In this document: positions 12,441-24,336 of the stretch, piece by piece
How positions within the stretch are numbered: position 1 is the first letter of the stretch
Layout of the letters: the number at the start of each line of letters is the position of its first letter
Assembly: GCF_964194155.1 (NCBI RefSeq)
Contig: NW_027596592.1
Span: 1-64,000, forward strand
DNA: 64,000 bases
Source: Cetorhinus maximus
Lineage: Eukaryota
Direction of reading: 5' to 3'
Program-made: the position numbers and the translations under genes
Notes under the pieces: model-generated
Seen by the model: only the letters and a program-made list of their open reading frames with translations
Databases searched by the model: none
What the model was told of the DNA's origin: nothing

Positions 12441-12971
12441 GCCAGGCGATTGAAGAAAGTATAATTCAAATGCACTTTTTAACGGGCATATCCTCCGGCA
12501 ATTGTCTCTATTACCCGATAAACACACTGAAAAAATGCTCTTACTGAGAAACTGATTTAAGTTAATGACGCACCAAACATTCCCATCACAAATAAACAAA
12601 CAAGATGGGAACTCACATCCGAGCTTTTAAAAAGCAACGTTCACAGTTTCCAAATAAGTAGCTCAGTGAATCTCTCCCGATACCCATCATAATATTCTCC
12701 AATAATAGATCGTACGAACTGTTCGAAAATGAATTGATACTGGAGAAAAGTTGCCATATTTTCCGACACGGACTGTACAAAGATTGTAAAGGAAGAACAG
12801 CTGTGGAGATAGTTACAGAAATGGGTTACTGAGTGTCACGAACTTAATAGTAGATATATATTGAACATTGAATACACTAATAACTTAGGAAAGAGTAAAG
12901 GAAATGTTTAAAAAATGATATCCTAGATTAATAAACAATCTAATAATATCTCCTCGGATATATCCCTGTAG

Positions 12972-13099
12972 ATTCCACAGACCGCATCTGGACTGAAGAC
13001 TCTGAGGATGATAACGGCAATATCTGGACAACCGCTTCTACATTCATCATCCTGTTCTTCCTGAGCATTTTCTACAGCGCTGCCGTCACTCTGGCGAAG
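12972..13099 (+). CDS. IGHM: IgM transmembrane exon TM1
   Basis: Acceptor ccctgtag at 12971 (an alternative in-frame cag lies at 12980) and donor gtgag at 13100. Translates DSTDRIWTEDSEDDNGNIWTTASTFIILFFLSIFYSAAVTLAK, with the CART motif. Confidence 0.95.
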
Positions 13100-13237
13100 G
13101 TGAGAAGATTCAATCCACTCACACTTCAAACTGACAGAAGCGGTTTGAAAAATCTCTCAATGTTTCATTAATTAAAACTCTAACATAATTGTCCTAGATC
13201 ATAAAGATCTGCTTCATTATTTCATCCTCTTTTACAG

Positions 13238-13246
13238 ATCAAGTGA
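13238..13246 (+). CDS. IGHM: IgM TM2 exon (Ile-Lys-stop), giving cytoplasmic tail KIK
   Basis: ttttacag/ATC AAG TGA, equivalent to the canonical VK* exon. Confidence 0.88.
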   Translation: MK

Positions 13247-13662
13247 CCAGTTGAATTTTGGACACCGTAGATTTTCCTCAGCTCTTTACTGAGATCTCTG
13301 TACTCCGAATTTAAAATATGTCCTCTCGGTGATTCTAAAACTGAAATACCTTCAGCTTATGTTTCCGAATTTGTAACTGAGACAATGATAGACGATATTT
13401 CCATTTCTCTGTTTCAAATGTGCGAGATAATTATGATTGCATTGCAATAGCAGCTTATAATTTCCCAGTCGTTTGAATTCCCTGTGTAAATAAGTAACTT
13501 TTTTCATTCCTCGTCCACAATTACTCCCTTCCCTTTATATTGAGCTCCTGTTTTCTCTTTCTGGTCTCTGTTACAGTTGTACACACAGGTGGCCGCTCAG
13601 AGCAAATGTGCTCTGTTCTCAATGTGACTCTCAGTCATTATATTCACTTCAGTTAACTTTAA

Positions 13663-13704
13663 AATAAACTTCCCTGTAAAATGTTCTCTGAAATTGTTAA
13701 TAAA
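13663..13704 (+). terminator. Likely membrane-form polyadenylation signals
   Basis: AATAAA at 13663-13668 and 13699-13704. Confidence 0.6.
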
Positions 13705-13839
13705 TCATGAATGTGAAACGAACTGACTTTGCTGAACTCCTTTCTCTCAGGCCCATCGACACCGCTCCATTTTCCCTATTATACTGTTTTCCCCCCTTTC
13801 CCAGGCAGGTATTTTTAACCAGTCCTGTCTGGGATGTGA

Positions 13840-13944
13840 AACAAAAACTGCAAATGCTGGAAAAATTCAGCAGGTCTCACAGCATCTGTGGAGTCAAAAA
13901 ACAGGGTTAACGTTTCCAGTCCTTATGACTCTTCTTCAGAGCCC
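13840..13944 (-). mobile_element. Short Penelope-associated repeat with a minimal hammerhead ribozyme motif
   Basis: - strand CTGAAGAAGAGTCATAAGGACTGGAAACGTTAAC; related copies at 23975-24072 and (partial) 57385-57490. Confidence 0.65.
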
Positions 13945-14249
13945 AAGGTCCTTCAGTGAAAGAGTCACTGCGACACCCAGCGACCCATCGGTGTTACTAC
14001 ACCTTTACTTCTGCCTTTTTTCTGGCAAACCCCAGAGGCAGAATGATTGCACAGCGAGGAGAACCTCGGTGATTTCACTCATAGTCAGGCCTGTCACAGT
14101 CACATGTCAGGTAATAGTAAACAGCAGGTGTCTGCTTCAACAGAGGCCCATACAGGACAGTATATGGTGGACGAAAGTTTCCTTTACACTGTCCCATTAA
14201 ACACTCCCAGGGTCGGTGCAGCAGGGGTTAGATAGGGAGTAAAAGTTTT

Positions 14250-14720
14250 TTTTTATCTCTTTACCCTTTCATGAGGTGTGGGTGTCGCTGGCAAGGCCGC
14301 CCAGAACAGCCCGGCTTCCGAGGCCATTTCAGAGGGCAGTTAAGTGTCAGTCAGGTTGCTGTCGACCTGGAATCACATGAAGACCAGGCCGGGTAAGGAT
14401 GGCAGATTCGCTTCACTAAAGGACATTAGTGCAGCAGATGGATTTTTACGACAATCGGTGATAGTTGTCATGGTCACCATTACTGAGGCTAGTTTTCAAT
14501 CCCAGGTTTTAATAATTGAATTCACATTCCAGCAGCTGCCATGTTGGGATTTGAACCCATGCGCCCAGAGCATTCGCCTGGACTCTCTCCACTTTGTCCA
14601 ATTAAACACTCACAAGGCAGAGACGTCACAATCCACCTTCTCAATGCAATTAGGGATGTGCAATAAATGCTGGCCCAGAAAGCCACGCCCACATCGCATA
14701 AATGAATAAGAAAAAATACA
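14250..14720 (-). mobile_element. tRNA-derived SINE
   Basis: - strand B-box-like GGTTCAAATCCC near 14550, the body motif GGACATTAGTG(A)ACCAGATGG seen at 19.6, 34.7, 40.6, 59.1 and 60.5 kb, and a LINE-like tail. Confidence 0.75.
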
Positions 14721-14899
14721 CAAATACCGCAGACTGAACCGTTGACACAAACCATGGGAGATTCCTAGAGACTAGGGCCGATCTGACACAGTCACATTAT
14801 CGAGCAGTAATCCTGCAAATTATTACCACAGTTTGGGGCTTATTAGGAACACCAGGGAGCAAAAATAGTGGAAATTCCCAGGCTGCCAGGCGCAACAAA

Positions 14900-15090
14900 C
14901 AACTGAATTCACGGAACATCACCCCAGGGATCCTCTCTCCCTGCTCCATTCCCTCTCATACCTTTCTTCTGAACTCACTGAACATCACCCCAAGGATACT
15001 CTCTCCCTTCTCCATTCATCCTGATACCATTCTCCTGAACTCACTGAAGATCATCCCAGGGATCCTCTCTCTCTGCTCCATTTCCAGGCC
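14900..15090. repeat. Three-copy ~65 bp tandem repeat
   Basis: CTGAACTCACTGAACATCACCCCAGGGATCCTCTCTCCCTGCTCCATT repeated. Confidence 0.75.
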
Positions 15091-15369
15091 TGCTGTTATC
15101 CAGTAACCTCCCACACAAATAGTTTTCGAATATTTATTTTTGTAAATGGGATAACTTAGATCAAACATGTGCATAACATCCAGCCCATTAGAAATATTGG
15201 GTTCAAAACAACAAATATAAATTGTTTCTATGATTGCACATATAGAACTGGAACACACCATCGCACCGAGTGAATCCACTGTCAGTTTACATGTTGCTCA
15301 GTGAAAATTTCAATCATCCTTGACTTTTTGGCATTTGCGCACTGAGCCGGGAAGCAGTCTGGACTCAAA

Positions 15370-16010
15370 GAACATGTGAACATATGAACTCAGAGCAGGA
15401 GTAGGCCACTCGGCCCTTCAAGCCTTCTCCGCCATTCAATAAGATCATGGCTGATCTGATTGAAACCTGCTGCTTACCCCGATCACCTTTCACCCCCTTG
15501 TTGATCAAGAATCAATCTAGCTCTGCCTTCAAAATATTCAAAGACTCTGCTTCCACTGCCTTTTGAAGGAGAGAGTTACAAGTACTCACGACCCTCTGAG
15601 AAAAAAACTTCTCTCATCTCTGTCTTAAATGAGCGATCCCTTATTTTTAAACAGTGACCCCTAGTTCTAAATTCTCCCACAAGACGAAAGATCCTCACCA
15701 CATCCACCCTGTCAAGACCCCTCAGGATCTGAAAGATTTCAATCAAGTCGCCTCTTAACCTTCTAAACTCCAGCGGATGTAGGCCTAGCCTGCCACCTTT
15801 CCTCATAAGACAAGCCGCCCATTCTTGGTATTAGTTCAGTAAGCCTTCTCTGAACTGCTTCTAACGCATTTACATTTTCCTTAAATAAGGAGGCCAATAC
15901 TCTACACTGTACTCCTGATATCACTGTCCTGTACAACTGAAGTATAACCTTCTTATTTCAATTCCCCCTCACAGCAAATGATAACATTCTATTAGCTTTC
16001 CTAATTACTT
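15370..16010 (-). mobile_element. CR1 LINE 3' fragment
   Basis: RLGLHPLEFRRLRGDLIE motif and CR1 tail. Confidence 0.85.
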
Positions 16011-16192
16011 GTGCCTAAACAGTTCAGCATTTTTCAATTTCTGTCAGACCTTCTTAATAGCTGTGCACATCTGGAAAGTATTCTCCCATGTTCTATCTTT
16101 GTTACCCTGACGTGTCTAAATCTCTTCACAGCCGAGATACTCCTCCCCACAGTTTACATTTCCACCGCTTCCATCAGCTAATCTTTATCCAC

Positions 16193-16266
16193 AGGCACCA
16201 GCAGGGATCGAACTCACAGCATCTGGTTTGATAAGTCCACTATTTTAACCACGGGTTACGCCAACC
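16193..16266 (-). pseudogene. Highly degenerate tRNA-like sequence
   Basis: - strand TGGTTAAA D-loop-like motif, GAGTTCGATCCC T-arm/B-box and 3' GGTGCC; isotype not assignable. Confidence 0.45.
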
Positions 16267-16924
16267 GCGCCAGAAAGGTTAAGGTCCTCTTCCAACTCTT
16301 AAACCTACTGGTATTCTCTGTGCCATTTACTATGAAGATGCATAACGAAAGTGAGTAAAGTTTATGATGGTAAAAATGCATTCATCTCCCTCAGGGAACT
16401 GAATCATATTGACACACGCAGAGGAACACACACAGACATAGACACCGATAGTGACAGCGGCCTAAGGAGAGACAAACATCCAGAAATCAAGGATGTCACC
16501 AAATTGGCTCCGTTTTTGTTCCATTTCCAACTGCAAATTTGGTGAATGCCGACAGATGAACGGAAATGAAAAATACAGGGAAGCGTTTGAAAGGTTTTTT
16601 TAGTCCATTTAATGGATAATCATTTACTGTAACTCATTCTTAAAACCAGAACTGTGAGAAATGTAAACTAATAAATGTAGATTGCAGGTTCAAAATGTTG
16701 GATTTTCACCTGTACCAGGAAACTCTAAAGGGTTTCAAACCCATTACATAAGCAAGTCAGTTCCGTACATCGTCGCCATGTACCTTTTAATGTTCTGTAC
16801 ATAAAAGGACAGAGTGGTTACAGAAGGGAATGAAGAAATGCAGCCCCATCTATTCCTCGCTGTCCTACAATTTCTGCTGCCTCTCCTCGATCTTTCCGCC
16901 AGAATGGAGCACTGCACACGGAGC

Positions 16925-17280
16925 ACACACAGTGGGGACATGATTGAGGTGCATAAAATTATGAGGGGCATAATAGGGCACACAGGAACGAACTTTTCCC
17001 CTTGGTGGACGGATTTTAAGGTAAAGGGTAGGAAGTTTAGAGGGGATGCGAGGAAGAATTTTCTCACCCAGAGGGTGGTGGGAATCTGGAACTCACTGCC
17101 TGAAAGGGTGGTAGAGGCAGAAACCCTCATAACATTTAAGAAGTATTTGGATGTGCACTTGCGATGCCATGGTATACAAGGCTATGGGCCTAGTGCTGGA
17201 AAATGGGATTAGAATAGTTAGGTATTTGTTTGACCGGCGCAGACTCGATGGGCCGAATGGCCTTTCTCTGTGCTGCAGCC
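16925..17280 (+). mobile_element. CR1 LINE 3' fragment
   Basis: GDMIEVHKIMRG..KFRGDARKNFLTQRVVGIWNSLP. Confidence 0.85.
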
Positions 17281-17344
17281 CTCTCCAACTCAATGACTGA
17301 AGGGTGTGGCAAAATTGATTCGAAATACGGACAGTCTGAAACTC

Positions 17345-17426
17345 TGGCAGCGATGGGATTTCAAGCCACGCCTCCATAGAGTCTGAAACTTAAATCCAGC
17401 GCCTTAGACCGCTCGGCCACTGCGAC
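17345..17426 (-). pseudogene. tRNA-Leu (TAG/AAG family) pseudogene
   Basis: - strand GTGGCCGAGCGGTCTAAGGCGCTGGATTTAAGTTTCAGACTCTATGGAGGCGTGGCTTGAAATCCCATCGCTGCCA aligns with vertebrate tRNA-Leu; the T-loop and anticodon stem are mutated. Confidence 0.8.
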
Positions 17427-17869
17427 GTCTAAAATTGTCATTGCCTTGACTGGAAATTTCAAACGCCATCCACTTTGTAACGCTCAGTAACTGAACGGCC
17501 TCCAATGTAAAAACATACGGAAAGAAACAATCTCTTCTTGCATCTTCCCAACCTGCTTTTTCTCCCTGAACCTTTTTATTATGAAGCTACACAACTAATG
17601 TGAATGAAGTTTGCGATGGTAAAATGCGTCCACCCCCTCGTGGAACTGAACCGAATTGATATATTCCAGATCCGAACCATTGGCTGTGCAACATAGAAGC
17701 CCCTTTAAAATTGTAACCTTAATTTTCTGTTTCCTCTCCTCTCCGACGAAAATGAATCACTTCACACTTCCAGACATGAAATTTCAGCTGCCACTTGTCC
17801 GTCGAAATGGATTTGTTGAAGAACCCGAAAGGAGAACCGACTCAAACTTGACAATCAGACACATAGACA

Positions 17870-18850
17870 CAAGAACAAAGAAGAAAAGTACAGCACAGGA
17901 ACAGGCCCTTCGGCCCTCCAAGCCTGCGCCAATCATATTGCCTGTCAAACTAAGACATTTTGCACTTCCAGGGTCCATATCCCTCTATTCCCATCCTATT
18001 CATGTATTTGTCAAGTTGCCTCTTAAACACCACTATCGTACCTGCTTCCACCACCTCCTCTGGCAGCGAATTCCAGACACTCACTACCCTCTGCGTAAAA
18101 AACTTGCCCCGCACATCTCCTCTAAAGTTTTCTCCTCTCACCTTAAATCTATGCCCCTAGTAATTGACTCTTCCACCCTGGGGAAAAAGCTTCTGACTAT
18201 CTACTCTGTCCATGCCACTCATAATTTTGTAAACTTCTATCAAGTCATCCCTCAATCTCCGTCACTCTAGTGAGAACAATCCGAGTTTCTCCAACCTCTG
18301 CTCATAGGTAATAACCTCCAGACCAGGCAGCATCCTGGTAAACCTCCAAGTGTGGCCCAACCAAGGTTCTACACAGCTGCAGCATGACTTCCCAGCTTTT
18401 ATACTCAATACCCCTGCTGATGAAGGAAAGCATGCCATGTGCCTTCCTAACTACCTTATCCACCTGCGTTGCCACTTTCAGTGACCTGTGGACCTGTACA
18501 CCAAGATCACTCTGCCCGTCAATGCACTTAAGGGTTCTGCCATTTACTGTATAATTCCTATCTGTATTAGACCTACCAAAATGCATTATCTCGCATTTGT
18601 CCGGATTAAACTCCATCTGCCAAGTCTCCAACCGATCTATATCCCATTGTATCCTTTGACAATCCTCTTCACTATCTGCAACTCCTCCAACCTTAGTGTC
18701 GTCTGCAAACTTACTAATTAGCCCAGTTACATTTTCCTCCAAATCATTTACGCATGCTACAAACAGCAAAGGTCCCAGCACTGATCACTGCAGAACTCCA
18801 CTAGTCACAGCTCTCCATTCAGAAAAGCATCCTTCCACTGCTACCCTCGA
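17870..18850 (-). mobile_element. CR1 LINE RT C-terminal fragment
   Basis: LGPLLF..VNDL..ISKFADDTKVGG..WQMEFNPDKC. Confidence 0.9.
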
Positions 18851-19283
18851 GTGTGTGCGCGCAAACACTCACACACACCATTTTGTGTTGAGCTGGTTTC
18901 AGTTGTGCCTGTTAACCAGAAGATAGATTTTTAATTGGATACCATTAGGATCCTGCAGCAGTCAATTCGACTGAGGAGACAGTTCTAGATTCTGTCTGAC
19001 ACCATCAGTGGGTCAGGTGGAAGCTAAATAGAAAATCCTGCAGGGAAAATAATCCTTAACATTAGAAATCTATCTGAGCAATTGTCTCAGTGCTACACCA
19101 GTGTGAATTAGTAAACTTTTAACACAACAGGGTTTGTCACTAAGTAGTGTGCAGTGCAGTACAGTGCACTAATGCTCACCTTTAGTCTTGCCCCTCAATC
19201 CCAGTTAATCTGGGAGATTGTTACAAGATTCACCCCATCCTTTCGACACAAATATTACCCACATAACACTGGAGTCATTAGAA

Positions 19284-20297
19284 ATTGATGTGTGCTTCCC
19301 ACACACTGTCCTTTTAAATATACTTCACTCCTACCAGCCTTTAATGATCAAAAACATAACAGGGTTAATAGCTGCTGATAGCTGTCAATGAGATTAAATT
19401 AATGCTTGAAATGATTAAATCTTCACATGCAAAATATATTTTGTTTTATTCTTTGATGGGATGTTGGTGTCACTGGCAAGGCCAACATTTGTTGCCCAAC
19501 CTTAACTGCCCTTGAACAGAGTGGCTTCCTCAGTAATTTCAGAGGGCAGTTAAGGGTTAATCACATTGCTGTGGGTCTGGCCTCACATGTAGGCCAGACC
19601 AGGTGAGGATAGCAGATTTCCCTCCATAAAGGACATTAGTGAAGCAGATGGGTTTTTACAACAATCAATGATAGTTTCATGGACACCATCACTGAGACCA
19701 GATTTCAATTGCAGATTTTGAATATCATCATGAGGTTAGAAGCCTGGTCAATATGCTCAGGTTCTGAAGGTGAAATCCACAATCTAGAGATCCTGAAATC
19801 AGTGTTGTCACTGTAACCAAGCTGCTACTGAAATGTTTAAGGAGCTAAGGTGACATTTTGCATCTACAGTTTGACCATAACATTGGTTAATACCGTTACT
19901 GTTAAACTTCCAGATAAAATCACAAACAGCAACTTCAAGCAGAAGGAGCAGAATAAACGAACTGGAGAGAAACACGAGAGCCCACAGGCGAGTACCACAT
20001 AGAGCAGGTTCACACACCCGGGGACAGGGTGGGTTGCCGCGTCTGGGGGTGGGGCGGGTTCACACACCCAAGGCTCACCGGGAATGATCAGAATAAGGAA
20101 ACCGTCCAGAAAACTACCAACAGGAATCTTCAGCTGAACACATCACTCATTCTTAAAGGGACCAAAGGGGTCCTGACACTGTGAAGTTAAAGGGGCAGAA
20201 ACAGCTTCAGCCTTCTCTCTGTTACCTTTCTGATAGTTAAAGGCTGGTAGGAGTGAGGTATATTTAAAAGGACAGTGTGTGGGAAGCACACATCAAT
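19284..20297. repeat. 67-bp inverted repeat pair (19284-19350 and 20231-20297) enclosing a SINE and unique sequence
   Basis: ATTGATGTGTGCTTCCCACACACTGTCCTTTTAAATATAC[T/C]TCACTCCTACCAGCCTTTAA and its reverse complement. Confidence 0.85.
19445..19720 (-). mobile_element. SINE copy (same family as 14.3-14.7 kb)
   Basis: Shared body GGACATTAGTGAAGCAGATGGG and tail. Confidence 0.75.
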
Positions 20298-20990
20298 AAA
20301 ACTGGGAATTCTTGGACATACGCTGCAGGTCGTTCTTTTTCTGGGAATCAACCTGTTGTATTATTGTCCCAGCAGTTAACAGTCTCCTGTGAACTCCTCC
20401 AGCTTCTAGTTTAATGCAGATTTTAACCCAATAAATTTCAGCATGTTTCGATTCAGCGACTCGGGACTGACACACAAACACGTTGAACCATTTTAGACTT
20501 ATTAAGAACCATTTTCCGTCTGGAAACTTAAACCTGCTGTTTCACTTTCAGTCAGGAACAGATCACAATTTTACACCAACCTTTCATTTGGCAGCACGTT
20601 TCCAGCATTCACCGTTGTTCTTCCTGACTCTAAACCCAGTTGTAAAAGAGCCTTCTGTTCTGTGTCTAGGAGCTCTGAACCATGGAAGAGAGCAGCTGAG
20701 ACACATTTCTTACACACCTCAGGATTCACCCACATGGGGATTGTGCAGTCAGTGAAGAAAGATGAGAAAAACCAAAGTGTTGTTTGGGGGTCCCTCACTG
20801 TGAACCTAATGGACTGTGTCCAGGCTGAAGTTTTGTTCCTACTGTAAGATCCTCCCCCAGATTGTCCTTTCTGACTCCAGTCAGGCGATGTTAAACACTC
20901 AAGTGGGGAAAAACAAAAATCTACAAACAAAGCTGATTTATGTCACATTTATTCAGAATATTGAACCTCATCAACAGGTCAGGACAGTCA

Positions 20991-21161
<171 letters not shown>

Positions 21162-22151
21162 TTACAGCAGATAGGATGAATGAGAAAATCTCTTCCCACA
21201 CACAGAGCAGGTAAATGGCCTCTCCCCACTGTGAATGCTCTGGTGTGTCAGCAGGTTGGATAACTGAGTGAATCCCTTCCCACACACAGAGCAGGTGAAC
21301 GGCCTCTCTCCAGTGTGTATTCGTTGGTGATTCAATAGGTTGGATGACCGAGTGAATCCCTTCCCACACACGGAGCAAGTGAATGGTCTCTCCTCAGTGT
21401 GAACCTGTTGGTGTGTCAGAAGGTTAGATGAACGGGTGAATCCCTTCCCACAGTCAGAGCAGGTGAACGGTCTATCCCCCGTGTGAAGTTGCTGGTGTAT
21501 CAGAAGGTTGGATGAATTAATGAATCCCTTCCCACAGTCAGAGCAGGTGAACGGCCTCTCCCCAGTGTGAATTCGCTGGTGATTCAGTAGGGCAGACGGA
21601 CGGCTGAATCCCTTCCCACAGTTGGTACAGGTGAATGGCCTCTCTCCAGTGTGAGTATATTGATGTGTTAGCAGATCCTTTTTGCTTTTAAAGCTCTTGT
21701 CACAGTCAGAACAATTAAAAAATTTGTTATCAGAGTGAACAAGTTGATGTGTTAGAAGGTGGGATGACTGAATGAATCCCTTCCCACACACGGAGCAGGT
21801 GAACGGCCTCTCCCCAGTGTGAATACGTTGATGTATCAGCAGATCTTTTCTGCATTTAAAACTCTTCTCACAGTTAGAACATGTAAACGGTCTCTTATCA
21901 GTGTGAACAAGTTGGTGTGTCACAATGTGGGATGACCGAGTGAAGTCCTTCCCACACACAGGGCAGGTGAATGGCCTCTCCTCAGTGTGAACTCGCTGGT
22001 GTGTCCGAAGGTTGTACAAATGGGTGAATCCCTTCCCACAGATAGAGCAGGTGAACGGTCTCTCCCCAGTATGACTGCGCCGATGAACTTCCAGTTGGGA
22101 TGGGAAACTGAATCCCTTCCCACAGTCCATACATTTCCATGGTTTCTCCAT
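21162..22151 (-). CDS. Poly-C2H2 zinc-finger gene A: 11 complete fingers, premature TAA in finger 12, a 13th finger downstream
   Basis: Cx2Cx12Hx3H repeats with HTGERP linkers; splice acceptor at about 22514; AATAAA (- strand) 20948-20953. Confidence 0.88.
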   Translation of the reverse strand: MEKPWKCMDCGKGFSFPSQLEVHRRSHTGERPFTCSICGKGFTHLYNLRTHQRVHTEERPFTCPVCGKDFTRSSHIVTHQLVHTDKRPFTCSNCEKSFKCRKDLLIHQRIHTGERPFTCSVCGKGFIQSSHLLTHQLVHSDNKFFNCSDCDKSFKSKKDLLTHQYTHTGERPFTCTNCGKGFSRPSALLNHQRIHTGERPFTCSDCGKGFINSSNLLIHQQLHTGDRPFTCSDCGKGFTRSSNLLTHQQVHTEERPFTCSVCGKGFTRSSNLLNHQRIHTGERPFTCSVCGKGFTQLSNLLTHQSIHSGERPFTCSVCGKRFSHSSYLL

Positions 22152-22759
22152 GGTGTGGGGGTCCTTGTCTCTCTCCAGGTTGGACGCTTAGCTGAAGCCT
22201 TGTCCACACACAACACGTGAACAGTTTCTCCCCACTGTGAATGGTGCGATATTTTTGCAGACTGTGTAACTGCTTAAAGTTTTTTCCAAAGTCAATTCAC
22301 TGGAACACTCTTACTCGGGTGTGTGTGTGTGGAGGCTTTTCCAGTCACACCGATGTTTGAAATCCTTTCCCAAAGACAGAATAGACAAACATTTCTCCTT
22401 CCACATTCAAAAGTTGATGATACTCAGGTCCTGATGAATTCAGTGCCTCTGACAGATCTTGATGTGATGTTTGCTTTGCGTTTTCTGTCTGCCAGTCACC
22501 GCCGTTTAATACCCTGTAAAACGAGTTTACAAAAGTCATCACTATAAATCCAGGACTGAAATTCAGAACAGAGTTTCTATGGAACATTTATTCCTCTCTT
22601 GTTCCCCCAAAGCTGTAAATCCCCGTCCCACACACTCTCCCTCCTCCCTGGGCTGAAATCCAAACCCATCTCACCATCTCCACCATTTCTTTCCTCCACT
22701 CCCAGTTTTCTCCCTCCCTCTCCTCTGCCTGGGTTCAGTTCTCCAGCTCCTGTGTCTCT

Positions 22760-23180
22760 GATTCAGGGTCTCAGGCGGGACCCCAGCTGCCGTCGGGCGG
22801 GACACAGGAGGGGGGACCCTCCCGGGTGTGTCTTACCCGGACCCTGAGTCCGTCCCCCCAGTTTCTGAGCCCCCGGGCGGCCCGCGGTCTCCCCGCAGTT
22901 TCTGAACCTCCCGCTCCGGAGCCTCTTCCCCTGAAGCCGGCTCTGTCACCGGGAAGAAGCCCCGGAGCTGCAAACACGGGTCATGGAGGCTGTGATCCGG
23001 GATTGCGGCCTACACCGGGTGTTTCTGGATCCTCCCCACCCCGGCTCCCAGAACCGCTCCTCCCTCCGCCTCAGCGAATCTCACCCGCGTCTCCCGCACT
23101 CCCAGGGCTCTGAGCAAACTGACACTGCGCATGCTCCAGGTATCATCAGAATTGCGCCTGCGCGTTGGGCTCCTGCACTG
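22760..23180 (-). promoter_or_regulatory. CpG-rich promoter/first exon of ZNF gene A
   Basis: CpG island with NRF1-like TGCGCATGC (23126) and TGCGCCTGCGCG (23153); paralogous to 42.6 kb and 54.9 kb. Confidence 0.7.
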
Positions 23181-23974
23181 TGACTAGGGCACTTTCACAC
23201 ACGCAGGAGATTGTGGGTATCGGCAGTGCCATTGAAACACAAAATAGAGAACGAAAACAATTTTCTGATACCCAATTGTGAACAAATAAAAAGAAAAATC
23301 ACACGCAAATCCTAGTAAATGGGTGCTCTGCCATGTTCCATTTCTAGAAGTGATTTAAACACATTTCAAGCCAGCTCAAACGTGTTAAGGGCAAGTCATG
23401 TTCAACTAACTTGCTGTAAATTCTTTACAAATGCCCATTCCCTTTCCTTCTGCTGTATAATGGAAGTTCCGTGCATTGGTGTTTCTTTATCATTTGGTTC
23501 TGATCTTTATTGATTGGTCTACGGTCAAAGTTTCAATCCCATAACCACAAAGTAATCACAAAAAAAATATTTTCCACTCACAATTACCCAGCACCCCAGC
23601 AGCTGGGATTCTGCATTGCGACTGGAGGAGCTCCTGCCCACAGATTCTGCCTCCGACAAAGGTTGTTCTTATAGTGGCTGTCCCTGTGATTGATTTTTTG
23701 CGGGTTTTTCTGGGATAAAATTGCCCATTGCCCCCGTACAGTTGGAACCCTGGTTCTGAAATACTGTCCGTATGATTTTAAGGCTTCCTGGAATAATGCA
23801 CCGATGGAAATCTGCAATAATCCATGGTCCCATCTGAGTTGCAGATTTTAATGTGATTGTCCAATCTAGAAAAAATATCATTTCACCCCTTTAAACCTGA
23901 TTCAGCTGATCCCCTCCACACATACTGCAAAAGATTATCTTTGAGATCAGCTGTTCCTTTATAGTCTGTAAGAA

Positions 23975-24072
23975 ATACAAAAAATTCTGGAAAAATTCAG
24001 CAGGTCTGACAGCATCTGTGGAAAGAAACACAGAGTTAATGTTTCGAGTCCGTATGACTCTTCTTCAGAGTC
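23975..24072 (-). mobile_element. Penelope-associated short repeat with hammerhead motif
   Basis: - strand CTGAAGAA-GAGTC-ATACG-GACTC-GAAACATTAAC. Confidence 0.65.
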
Positions 24073-24336
24073 TGTGTTATTCTGAATTATGACATTCTCC
24101 TGAACCTTTTTTTTGTAAAAATATACTTTATTCATAAAATATCTTCAATCACATTCCAAACCATTTCAAAAACAAAATTACAAGGGTACAATCCAGGTTA
24201 AACTTTTACAAAATGTATCACCAGGTGCATCAGTACAAACAATATTACAATCATTTACAGCCTTTCATTTTGATCTGTACAGGCCGAGGGGCTCTAAACA
24301 GTTCCCAGTCTCTCGGTGCGCTGTGGTAGAAAGGTC

